51,902 nt of DNA. Source: Methanobacteriota archaeon (GTDB lineage Archaea > Thermoplasmatota > Poseidoniia > Poseidoniales > Poseidoniaceae). The translations under genes and the position numbers were made by a program. Shown here one piece after another: positions 45,401 through 51,902 of this stretch. The DNA is taken from the NCBI GenBank assembly GCA_018623995.1, contig JAAZUV010000001.1, positions 1-51,902 of the forward strand, written 5' to 3'. Position 1 is the stretch's first letter; every line of letters begins with the position of its first letter. The notes beneath the pieces were generated by a model. It was not told the origin of the DNA and made no database searches. It worked only from the letters and a program-made list of their open reading frames with translations.

Positions 45401-45926
45401 AGTGGCGGTTGAATGCATCGTTGGATGGATTGTCATCTATACCTTGGAACGACGGCGTGATCACAAGCGAATGATTCCCGGAATAGTTGACGAAGACGTT
45501 GTAGAATGTTGCTGTACCTTGGCCGCTTGAAGCAAGACTGTTCATCGTTACTGTCCTGTTTGCAAGTTCAAATCGTTCGTACTCGTTGTGTAGAATCAAC
45601 AGATTGACTGTGATGATCCCGGAAGCAGTGTTTCCGTCATTTCGAACCGTTACCTCGATATCCATTGGTGTAGCATTAACAGAGTCAACGACGTAGAGAT
45701 TCTTTGGCCGATCAAAGCCCAATATCGGATGATTCGAAGAGAACATTTTGTATTGAGATTCATCACTTGGATTTGAATACGAAATTGAGACATCGGTTGC
45801 TGAGAGATCGATGCCGCTGTTTTTCGGGCTGCTAGGCTGTTGTTGAACATCGAGCAATTCAGTGTTTGAGATGGGCTGAAGAACCAGCAGAAGAATCAGC
45901 AGTCCGGCCACACCAAACCTTGGCAT
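42402..45926 (-). CDS. Giant surface protein (~1174 aa) of tandem Ig/CARDB-like beta-sandwich domains, with a C-terminal TM anchor and ~90-aa cytoplasmic tail
   Basis: Signal MPRFGVAGLLILLLVLQPISN at ATG 45926. Repeated segments of the type G.s..f.i.V.N.G....d.f.L (PGSSCAFFIDVENVGQATDVFDL, IRLELTNTGNISDSL, IGLEAINNGNGPTSATI). TM LVASVLGFIVLAAILFVI then RRQR. Confidence 0.75.
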   Translation of the reverse strand: MPRFGVAGLLILLLVLQPISNTELLDVQQQPSSPKNSGIDLSATDVSISYSNPSDESQYKMFSSNHPILGFDRPKNLYVVDSVNATPMDIEVTVRNDGNTASGIITVNLLILHNEYERFELANRTVTMNSLASSGQGTATFYNVFVNYSGNHSLVITPSFQGIDDNPSNDAFNRHYTVATMYFTCTSLVGWNAGSYWGTNSDTALSMGQACHVGQGQSGNYGNNLLTDLMTPIMDMSDIVANPTRTNGLTFFYTGSAQVNDNMKVYALNNQGAWDDLATIAGTVGATLANWQTISNNHMGHTTPLIPADVNSHFHSNSRFKFTFTSDSAGTDVGYWFDDFVLVYDQAARTEEYNVDVTGIFTDGSIPGAWGKIRLELTNTGNISDSLVPSVPNLPNDWNVAFSFPSGAGVNPNTGVRLLPGESRQIDVKLQPSPNATVGFVPLTFAASSLQNPSFSVEESMQYQVSADRIPFIHIPETKPKCAPGSSCAFFIDVENVGQATDVFDLQTAPKSLDAGWSVNLAFDQSPSIRLIPNQIQSVKLIMTVPAGETPEKTGDFWLTMTAQNDTSRTLTESIVIQASMISNALIELDIDAMDTTMLSSGERVEIQYTITNQATRQDSFDLSVDFIEAIGWKIEAEQRPSIVINPESSASFYIAVTAPENAQANDVAPTFNPILTSTRSGMQYDGPEYSNIVIETLYDVELLMVDSESVLKPGATTIIGLEAINNGNGPTSATIRLVDAPESWTYSIRVDGVIQETNSIDLGVVYSGENSIEFDVLLEVPMTEAAGEFHTITLELHPEGQDIEFSDNHVSIDMITGSVKYPEYNGSSLDYHAMVGTTVSLNGTVTNIGNALESSMDVGFDLSTSPPTSDVVAFLTAGVGGPTSESGNILTFPMSAGSTKTIFVDVVVGDNVPLNTRIVVTVFVEGGMDAEGEIVRIERQTLITVDQQRKIAMELSSQDNQTDVTFGEFWLNLTSYSTQSEDVSYAISHPDNWQVTCDGTLVATNEQTNVSLPYSRSTESLKDIRCQVQRLGGSYNGDVLIRASTTDGVIEFTDARTFSFERPAQQESFLSKNLNGPTLVASVLGFIVLAAILFVIRRQRIPVEEDEVFVAGPPISQQPLVQPSAPVDEKVVSQDSPVNSGPPLPEEGLPAGWSMEQWVHYGQQYLDRLGKQP

Positions 45927-45955
45927 GGCGGTTAATCCGCTCCTATGTATTTGAT

Positions 45956-46849
45956 TTATTCGCTCGAGGAGTCTTCGTTGGCGAGTCTCAACTTTTCCTC
46001 GTTTTTCCGTTCCTTTGCACGAGCAGCAAAGTAGACCGTAAAGGATGGAATCAAAACCATTGAAAAACATCCAACGACTGCTGCGAGAGCCCAAAGGAAC
46101 TCAGTAGCCGCATCGATTTCAAACAGTTCTACACTCGCAAAAGCCTCGTTGACAGTGTAAACGTTGACTTGAGGCTGAACCGATTTGTTTCCAGGCTCTG
46201 TAATCTGGATGATGATTTGGGAGGGGGAGTGTGTGTAGTTGATTTCACTGCGTGCTAACGATTCCGCTTCACCAAGTGAATCGGCGAAGACTGTGCCATT
46301 CGATCGCCGTGCGGGATCAGTAGAGGTTAGCGATTGAATGTTTACTTCACTTGATTCAGCTTCAACCTCAATCGATTCTCCGTATACACAGTGTTCGGAA
46401 CATCGGAAATCAACAGTTTTACCATCGACGACAACCTCCGCATCATCAACACCAAGGAATGGGTGGGAATACAATTTACCGTCGTTTGTCATTTTGACAA
46501 CCGCTCCACTTGCCAAATCAGTGACAGTCATGTTGACCCACGTGAGATTTGCACCATCGGCAGACACGGTACCAATCCATGTTGTTTCGTTGTTCTGGAC
46601 GATCTTTGTCAATTCGAGATTCTCAAACGATGAATCCGTTGCTTCGGTTTCGTAGATGTAATAGCTTGGAGAAATTGTGGCTCCATACACTGCATATGAC
46701 AACAAAATGATGAGTGTTAATGATAACCCAATGAGCGTTCTCAAGAGGTTCGGGTTTTGGGCCAACGCCTTCTTCATCAACCAATCCAAAACCCAGCCAT
46801 TCATGAACACTTGCACGTGGCCAAAAACACAATGATGCTCTTCATTCAT
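45956..46849 (-). CDS. Bitopic membrane protein (N- and C-terminal TM helices flanking a ~200-aa extracytoplasmic domain)
   Basis: TM1 LLRTLIGLSLTLIILLSYAVYGA, TM2 FLWALAAVVGCFSMVLIPSFTVYF, and a Lys/Glu-rich tail. The start is uncertain (ATG 46849, 46804 or 46777). Confidence 0.55.
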   Translation of the reverse strand: MNEEHHCVFGHVQVFMNGWVLDWLMKKALAQNPNLLRTLIGLSLTLIILLSYAVYGATISPSYYIYETEATDSSFENLELTKIVQNNETTWIGTVSADGANLTWVNMTVTDLASGAVVKMTNDGKLYSHPFLGVDDAEVVVDGKTVDFRCSEHCVYGESIEVEAESSEVNIQSLTSTDPARRSNGTVFADSLGEAESLARSEINYTHSPSQIIIQITEPGNKSVQPQVNVYTVNEAFASVELFEIDAATEFLWALAAVVGCFSMVLIPSFTVYFAARAKERKNEEKLRLANEDSSSE

Positions 46850-46912
46850 GAGGGTTAATCGCCCGCTTTATTCAAATAGGGGAGATAAGTCGCAGGGTTG
46901 CTTGGTGTAGTT

Positions 46913-47407
46913 ATGACGACGTTTTACGATGTTCCTGCTAATTTCCTGATTCCTGCTCTCGCAGAGCAATTGAAGAGCAATGCTGCGATTTCGATGCCTG
47001 ACTGGGCAGATGTTGTCAAGACTGGTTCCTCCCGTGAGCGCCCTCCGACTCAAACGGACTGGTGGCAGACACGTGCTGCTGCACTTTTGCGCAAGATTGC
47101 ACGTCAAGGTCCTATTGGCGTCACAGCGCTCTCCCAAGAGTACGGTGGCCGCAAGAACAACGGTTCCAAACCAAACACACCTGGGGTTGGATCTCGTAAA
47201 GTCATTCGTGCCATTGTTCAGCAACTCGAAGACGCTGGCCTCGTTTCCACTCAACCTGGTCGCTTGGTTGAACCAGAAGGTCGTGAAGCAACACAACTGT
47301 TCAACGGACGTATCATCACTGCCGCTGGCCACAAACTCCTCAATGAAGTCGCACACAGTGTTCGACCACAAGTTGAAGAAGCCTATCCAGGCCTCGACAA
47401 GTACTGA
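46913..47407 (+). CDS. rps19e: Ribosomal protein eS19
   Basis: MTTFYDVPANFLIPALAEQLK, PDWADVVKTGSSRERPP, DWWQTRAAALLRKI. Confidence 0.9.
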   Translation: MTTFYDVPANFLIPALAEQLKSNAAISMPDWADVVKTGSSRERPPTQTDWWQTRAAALLRKIARQGPIGVTALSQEYGGRKNNGSKPNTPGVGSRKVIRAIVQQLEDAGLVSTQPGRLVEPEGREATQLFNGRIITAAGHKLLNEVAHSVRPQVEEAYPGLDKY

Positions 47408-47445
47408 ATGGATGTGAGAATTTGACGACTGCTGCCGATGATTCG

Positions 47446-47787
47446 ATGGAACTCGAAGCGTTCCGTCAACGTCGACAGATGGAACTCCAGCAACAACTTG
47501 AACAGCAAGCCCAGCAGCAAGCAGCCGCAGAAGCTGAATCGCATGTACAAGCGCAAGAACAGCAAGCACTCGATCAAGCAATGAAGACGATTCTCACGTC
47601 GGAAGCACGTAGCCGTCTCACAAATATTTCATTGGTTGATGCCAACAAAGCAGATCTCATGAAGCGACAACTTGTTTCACTTCATGAGCAACAAAAAATT
47701 TCCATTCCAGTCAACGATGAACAGTTGAAGAGAATCTTAGCAAGCCTATCCAAGAGCCGCAGAGATGCGTCGATCCGTCGAATGTAA
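47446..47787 (+). CDS. PDCD5/TFAR19-like double-stranded DNA-binding protein
   Basis: ILTSEARSRLTNISLVDANKADLMKRQLVSL..ISIPVNDEQLKRILASL. An alternative TTG start lies at 47422. Conserved position after eS19 in archaea. Confidence 0.8.
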   Translation: MELEAFRQRRQMELQQQLEQQAQQQAAAEAESHVQAQEQQALDQAMKTILTSEARSRLTNISLVDANKADLMKRQLVSLHEQQKISIPVNDEQLKRILASLSKSRRDASIRRM

Positions 47788-47802
47788 GAGGGGTGCTCGA
47801 AT

Positions 47803-47958
47803 ATGTCAAAAAATAAACCAGCAGCAAAGAAAATTCGCCTGATGAAGGCAGGAAAGCAGAACCGTCGTGTCCCTGTATGGGTCATGCTAAAAACGAACAG
47901 AAACACAGTGTCGCATCCAAAGCGTCACCACTGGCGACGTAGCAAGTTGCAACGATGA
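47803..47958 (+). CDS. rpl39e: Ribosomal protein eL39 (51 aa, below the ORF-track cutoff)
   Basis: My own translation: [51 protein letters not shown], very close to the archaeal L39e consensus (KK.RL.KA.KQNRRVP.....KT......HP....WRR.KL). Confidence 0.85.
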   Translation: MSKNKPAAKKIRLMKAGKQNRRVPVWVMLKTNRNTVSHPKRHHWRRSKLQR

Positions 47959-47969
47959 GGTGATTGATT

Positions 47970-48248
47970 ATGGCAAGAGCAGCAACATCTGAATTGGTCG
48001 TACCGCTACGAAAAGCATGGAACATCACCCGTTTCAAGCGAGCACCTCGTGCTATCCAAATTATCCGCGACGAAGTTATTCGTCATCTCAAAGTTCTTCC
48101 AGAAGAGGAGATTTACATCGATCCATCCGTCAACGAGAAAATCTGGGAACGTGGAATCGAGAATCCTCCACGAAAGATTCGCCTGACTGTGATTCGTCAT
48201 GATGAACCAGATATTCCAATCGAAGTCAAATTGTATGAGGAGGCCTGA
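47970..48248 (+). CDS. rpl31e: Ribosomal protein eL31
   Basis: [50 protein letters not shown]. Confidence 0.9.
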   Translation: MARAATSELVVPLRKAWNITRFKRAPRAIQIIRDEVIRHLKVLPEEEIYIDPSVNEKIWERGIENPPRKIRLTVIRHDEPDIPIEVKLYEEA

Positions 48249-48250
48249 AT

Positions 48251-48442
48251 ATGGGAAACATTCGTCCTAGTTTTATTAAAATTCGAGCAATTCGTTTGGT
48301 TGAAGAACACGGTGAAAAGTTCACTGATGACTTTGATCACAACAAGAAAATGGTCGAAGAACTCACCGATGTGAGTACCAAAAAGTTGCGAAACTGGATC
48401 GCTGGTTACGTGACTCGATACCGACAACGTCGAACTGATTGA
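48251..48442 (+). CDS. rps17e: Ribosomal protein eS17
   Basis: [57 protein letters not shown]. Confidence 0.85.
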   Translation: MGNIRPSFIKIRAIRLVEEHGEKFTDDFDHNKKMVEELTDVSTKKLRNWIAGYVTRYRQRRTD

Positions 48443-48449
48443 TGGGGAT

Positions 48450-48677
48450 TTGAGCGTGCCCATCTGGGTTGACTGGAATCGAACTCCAGTTTCTGTCCAC
48501 GGTCCTGATGAAGCAGCGCTAGAGCAACTCATCATGCATCTACGAAACACGCACAACGTCCGTCGACGGTCGCTGGTTATGCAAGACAGGGAGAACGGCG
48601 GCTATCTGTTCTTCATTTATCAGGCATGCAATCCTCTTTGGATTGCAGAGTATCTTCAGAATTCGGAGGAAGAATGA
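48450..48677 (+). CDS. Small hypothetical protein (75 aa), non-ATG start
   Basis: TTG (48450) or GTG (48456) start. Its stop TGA overlaps the ATG of the next gene (ATGATG context). Globular-looking composition; no family recognised. Confidence 0.4.
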   Translation: MSVPIWVDWNRTPVSVHGPDEAALEQLIMHLRNTHNVRRRSLVMQDRENGGYLFFIYQACNPLWIAEYLQNSEEE

Positions 48678-49513
48678 TGGGCGAACGTAGTGATGTCCCC
48701 CTGCCTCATTCCGAATACACATTGCATGTTGTAATGATCGGTACCGAACATCCTGGCAACCTTGGTGCGGTTTGTCGTTCGTTGCTGAATCACGGATTTG
48801 ACTCGTTACGACTGGTTCAACCAAAGTGTCACCCGGATGATATCGAAGCTCGCAATCGTGCAAAACATGCAGGAAGAGTCCTCGATTCCTGCAAAATTTT
48901 CGATTCATTCGAACAAGCGGTCGCAGATTGTTCCCTTGTCGTTGGAACGTCAGGAAAAAGAGAAATTGGTGAAAAAACCCAGAAGCGTCACTTCATGTAT
49001 CCTTGGGAATTTGCAGAAAGAATCGAATCGACTCAACAATCGGTTGCTTTGATCTTTGGTGAGGAAGGAAAAGGATTGAGTACAGAGGATCTACTTCGCT
49101 GTGACTACCTTGTTACGTTACCTACATGGGAAGGATATCCAATTACAAATCTCAGCCATGCTGTACATACATTGACATACGAACTTCATCGTAATCGTGT
49201 CCTTGCTCTACAGGGTATAGATAATGCATTGCCAGATATCGTTCCTATCGAACGGTCCATCTCACCAGAGCAACGGAAAGTTCTCCGTAAAGCCATTCAA
49301 GATATTGCCCAATTTCTACCAGGCGGTGATGAACGTCGAATCTCCTTCACACATTCACTCACACGAGCATTGCAACGGTCCGGACTTGAAACAGATCAAA
49401 CAAACCGATTGATTGGAGGTTTCGTCGATGCATCAACAGCTCTTGAATTTGCAACGAAAAATAGTGAATGGAAGTCCACTCGACGCCGGCGAGTCATCTT
49501 GGAAGAAGAGTGA
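48674..49513 (+). CDS. SpoU/TrmJ-family RNA 2'-O-methyltransferase with a C-terminal extension
   Basis: LHVVMIGTEHPGNLGAVCRSLLNHGF, ALIFGEEGKGLSTEDL, LVTLPT..YPITNLSHAV (SPOUT knot blocks). Confidence 0.8.
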   Translation: MMGERSDVPLPHSEYTLHVVMIGTEHPGNLGAVCRSLLNHGFDSLRLVQPKCHPDDIEARNRAKHAGRVLDSCKIFDSFEQAVADCSLVVGTSGKREIGEKTQKRHFMYPWEFAERIESTQQSVALIFGEEGKGLSTEDLLRCDYLVTLPTWEGYPITNLSHAVHTLTYELHRNRVLALQGIDNALPDIVPIERSISPEQRKVLRKAIQDIAQFLPGGDERRISFTHSLTRALQRSGLETDQTNRLIGGFVDASTALEFATKNSEWKSTRRRRVILEEE

Positions 49514-49963
49514 TTATGCGTACCATGATGCCCAGCTTTTCGGGGTTTCACGGACGTGCATAGCAACAAGTCGCAGCCGATTTCCATACGCAGTCTGAAT
49601 GTGTGGTTGCACTTGTTCGTACGCCCATTTTGCAAGATTTTCTGCAGTTGGAATGAAGGGAACGACAACAGTTCGATGTTCCGATGATAAACCGGACAAC
49701 ACGTTACGGGCTTCTTCATCGCCTTCGTACACAACGAACGCGTGATCTACGACATCATGAATGTGGACGGTTAGAATGTGACTGACGTCACTGAAATCCA
49801 TCAGCATCCCTTCTTCACTTACACCTGTCGTTTCTACAATATCGCCTTCAATTTCTGCCTCGAAACGATAGCGGTGTCCGTGGAAATGTCTACATTTACT
49901 CTTGTGATTAGGCACGCGGTGACCTGTATCAGTTTCTACATATCGTCGGATTCTTGTTGTCAT
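49514..49963 (-). CDS. queD: 6-carboxy-5,6,7,8-tetrahydropterin synthase
   Basis: [22 protein letters not shown] (Cys plus HGH zinc motif), ETPKSWASW. Confidence 0.85.
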   Translation of the reverse strand: MTTRIRRYVETDTGHRVPNHKSKCRHFHGHRYRFEAEIEGDIVETTGVSEEGMLMDFSDVSHILTVHIHDVVDHAFVVYEGDEEARNVLSGLSSEHRTVVVPFIPTAENLAKWAYEQVQPHIQTAYGNRLRLVAMHVRETPKSWASWYA

Positions 49964-50343
49964 TGTTTCACCTCAAATCGCATAGCAGCGCTATTGATGC
50001 AATATCGTTCTCCACCATGTTTGCGTGGGCCATCGTTGAACACATGTCCCAGATGAGCATCACACGAACCACATCGAACCTCAACGCGAGTCATACCATG
50101 TGAAGTATCGATAATTCGAGATATTGCAGCATCATGATGTTCGCTGTGAAAAGCCGGCCACCCACATCCTGAGTCAAATTTCATTTGATCTGTGAATAAT
50201 TTGGTATCGCAAACGATGCAATAGTAATCGCCTGGTCGATATTCTTTGTTTAACGCACCAGTAAAAGGCCTCTCAGTGCCATTTTGCTGCGTCACATAGT
50301 ACGAGATTTCAGATAAGGCAGCAATACGTTCATCAAGATTCAT
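49960..50343 (-). CDS. msrB: Peptide-methionine (R)-S-oxide reductase
   Basis: [57 protein letters not shown]. Start at ATG 50343; the rest of the 290-aa ORF-track entry overlaps queC in another frame. Confidence 0.9.
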   Translation of the reverse strand: MNLDERIAALSEISYYVTQQNGTERPFTGALNKEYRPGDYYCIVCDTKLFTDQMKFDSGCGWPAFHSEHHDAAISRIIDTSHGMTRVEVRCGSCDAHLGHVFNDGPRKHGGERYCINSAAMRFEVKQ

Positions 50344-51127
50344 GTCCAGTCCCTCCCTTGTAATCCATTTCAACTCGGAGTGCGTGTTCCAACACAACAT
50401 CCCACGGTTGTTGATATTCGATTGGGTCAATTCGACCAATCGCATGGAATGCCAGAATTCGTTCCACATCTGATCCGCTTTTTCCTGAGCTTCGGCCCTG
50501 TTCATCAGGGTTGTACGAAGTAATCGTATTGCGAAGAACTGTATCAAAATCAAACCCCAACTGCGGTGTGGTTTCCAATGCATCTTGGAGTATTGACGTC
50601 TTGTCACCGTGCAAATAGGGAAGGTCAAATTCGACCAATTCACTGTCCCAATTTCCAATCTCAAAGGCGGATTGAAGGGCTTGGTAAAATTCTGGTCTGC
50701 AATCTGGATAAATCGCATGATCGCCGCTGTGAACTCCGAGTGCAAGAACGACATTCTGTTCAGTTCTCTTCGCTTCTGAGAGGGCAAAACCATACAAGAT
50801 GGAGGCAAATATCGCATTCCGATTTGGAACAACAGTCTGTTTCATCTGGTTTTCTTCGTAGTGCCCTAACGGAACGTCTTGATCTCCGGACGTTAACGCC
50901 GAATCGAACAGAGACATGGCTGGTGATAGGTCAACAATATGATGTTGAACGTCGAGTCCTCTTCCTTGACACAGAGTAACAGTAGCGGATGCTCTTTCAA
51001 TTTCGATCGAATGCTTTTGGCCATAATGATACGAAATGCATATTGCTCGATAATCTAGAGCTAGATAATGCATTAGGAGACATGTTGAATCCATGCCTCC
51101 ACTTAGTGCCATAACCACTGTTTTCAT
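50333..51127 (-). CDS. queC: 7-cyano-7-deazaguanine synthase (QueC family), lacking the usual zinc-binding cysteines
   Basis: [18 protein letters not shown] (PP-loop SGGxDS), [19 protein letters not shown] 51127 overlaps the queE stop (ATGA). The C-terminal [20 protein letters not shown] replaces the family's CYxG..CGxCxxCxxR. Confidence 0.85.
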   Translation of the reverse strand: MKTVVMALSGGMDSTCLLMHYLALDYRAICISYHYGQKHSIEIERASATVTLCQGRGLDVQHHIVDLSPAMSLFDSALTSGDQDVPLGHYEENQMKQTVVPNRNAIFASILYGFALSEAKRTEQNVVLALGVHSGDHAIYPDCRPEFYQALQSAFEIGNWDSELVEFDLPYLHGDKTSILQDALETTPQLGFDFDTVLRNTITSYNPDEQGRSSGKSGSDVERILAFHAIGRIDPIEYQQPWDVVLEHALRVEMDYKGGTGHES

Positions 51128-51786
51128 AGAATTCCCATCCATTTGTGCGTCTGCAATGATAATCTCCAACCACGATGCTCTTTGACAATTTGTTCTGTAT
51201 TCTGAAACATTACACCATTTTCTTCCACAGTGGCTGTATCAATGTAACATGGTTGAATGAAGTGGTGATCAAAGCCTGATTTTAAGTCATCATACATGTC
51301 CATCTCTTGTCCACAATACACGACTTTCAATTCATTTCCACTTCGTTGACGTATGACCGAATTTGGATAGACTTGATCCTTCGGAGAGATGCATACCCAA
51401 TCAATCAATCCGTCAGGTATCTCGATCGTTCCATTGCTTTCGATCGATAGATTGTATCCTCTTCGCTTCAGCAATCGATGGAGAGGCCACAAATCATGCA
51501 ACATCGGTTCACCTCCTGTGAAGATTACTCGGTCACAATCGTATTGCAGAATTTGGATTAATACATCAATTCCGTTCATTGTTTCAAAGGTATCAAAATC
51601 CGTATCGCACCAAGAACAACGTAGGTTGCATGTACCAAATCTCACGAATACATGCGGAATGCCAGCATGAAACCCTTCTCCTTGGACCGAATGAAATATT
51701 TCGACAATTGGATATTCTTTCGAAAGATCTCTAACGTCATCTTTGAAATGCCTCTTGAAGCCAGCGCGTAAAGCCTCACGGTCCAT
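51124..51786 (-). CDS. queE: 7-carboxy-7-deazaguanine synthase (radical SAM)
   Basis: EIFHSVQGEGFHAGIPHVFVRFGTCNLRCSWCDTDF. Confidence 0.85.
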   Translation of the reverse strand: MDREALRAGFKRHFKDDVRDLSKEYPIVEIFHSVQGEGFHAGIPHVFVRFGTCNLRCSWCDTDFDTFETMNGIDVLIQILQYDCDRVIFTGGEPMLHDLWPLHRLLKRRGYNLSIESNGTIEIPDGLIDWVCISPKDQVYPNSVIRQRSGNELKVVYCGQEMDMYDDLKSGFDHHFIQPCYIDTATVEENGVMFQNTEQIVKEHRGWRLSLQTHKWMGIL

Positions 51787-51792
51787 GATGTA

Positions 51793-51902
51793 TCAACTCG
51801 AATTTTCGATGAGTTGCATCAGTTCGTTTCGTGCTTCCTGCTTTTCAAAGAAAACGCCACGCATCGCACTCGTGGTCATAATTGCGTTTTGCTTCTTTAC
51901 GC
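51793..51902 (-). CDS. folE: GTP cyclohydrolase I, 3' end only (truncated by the window edge)
   Basis: My own translation of the reverse strand: ..VKKQNAIMTTSAMRGVFFEKQEARNELMQLIENSS*. Matches the FolE C-terminal pattern (T.S..RGVF......R.E...LI). Lies upstream of queE. Confidence 0.6.
   Translation of the reverse strand, partial: VKKQNAIMTTSAMRGVFFEKQEARNELMQLIENSS

Noticed and set aside
46868-47581. 237-aa ORF on the minus strand, one of the longer unexplained ORFs in the track
   Set aside because: It is antisense to the eS19 and PDCD5-like genes, whose products match their families residue by residue. Its own translation is low-complexity (Leu/Ala/Val/Ser-rich) with no recognisable motif. 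It is a shadow ORF.
50344-50832. N-terminal 163 aa of the 290-aa ORF-track entry 49960..50832, which would make a long MsrB fusion
   Set aside because: This part overlaps queC in another frame and has no family resemblance. A complete MsrB begins at ATG 50343 ([20 protein letters not shown]).
1-51902. Search for tRNA, rRNA, CRISPR arrays, transposases/integrases, prophage or known defence-system genes
   Set aside because: The few intergenic gaps are too short for tRNA genes, or are occupied by the SRP RNA. No repeat-spacer array and no nuclease/ATPase/recombinase signatures were seen in any ORF. This is a visual scan only; tRNAscan-SE and cmscan should confirm it.

Overview
Gene-dense chromosomal segment: about 50 protein genes, one structured RNA, almost no non-coding DNA, from an archaeon. 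Archaeal markers are ribosomal proteins eS19, eL39, eL31 and eS17, a PDCD5-like DNA-binding protein, tRNA-splicing endonuclease EndA, archease, geranylgeranyl reductase, an archaeal-type SRP RNA, and a CcmE with the archaeal CxxxY motif. These sit alongside many very large secreted or anchored proteins (TSP3 calcium-binding repeats, PKD/Ig-like domains, M6 metallopeptidase) and bacterial-looking metabolism (PntAB, quinone-type PyrD, futalosine-type radical SAM, MDH). I infer a marine planktonic heterotrophic euryarchaeon (Thermoplasmatota / Marine Group II-like); I cannot verify this without a database search. I saw no rRNA, tRNA, CRISPR array, transposase, integrase or recognisable defence gene. 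Housekeeping blocks are glyA, pepP, pyrD, pntAA-AB-B, mdh, an IscA/YgfZ Fe-S pair, a ribosomal-protein cluster, and a folE-queE-queC-msrB-queD (preQ0/archaeosine precursor) operon. Most worth following up: (1) a PNGase F-like N-glycan amidase module fused to a TSP3-repeat lipoprotein; (2) a divergent TatC-like protein with an unknown C-terminal Cys-containing domain, co-transcribed with a Reeler-like membrane protein upstream of an M6 peptidase; (3) a tight four-gene operon of a bitopic membrane protein, a 1174-aa surface protein, a 57-aa membrane micro-protein and a PqqD-like protein; (4) a QueC with all four zinc-ligand cysteines replaced; (5) a wHTH/TerB-like regulator in an operon with an HldE-like kinase (degenerate GAGD motif) and archease. 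All domain calls come from motif recognition by eye and recall of family consensus sequences. No HMM or BLAST search was run.
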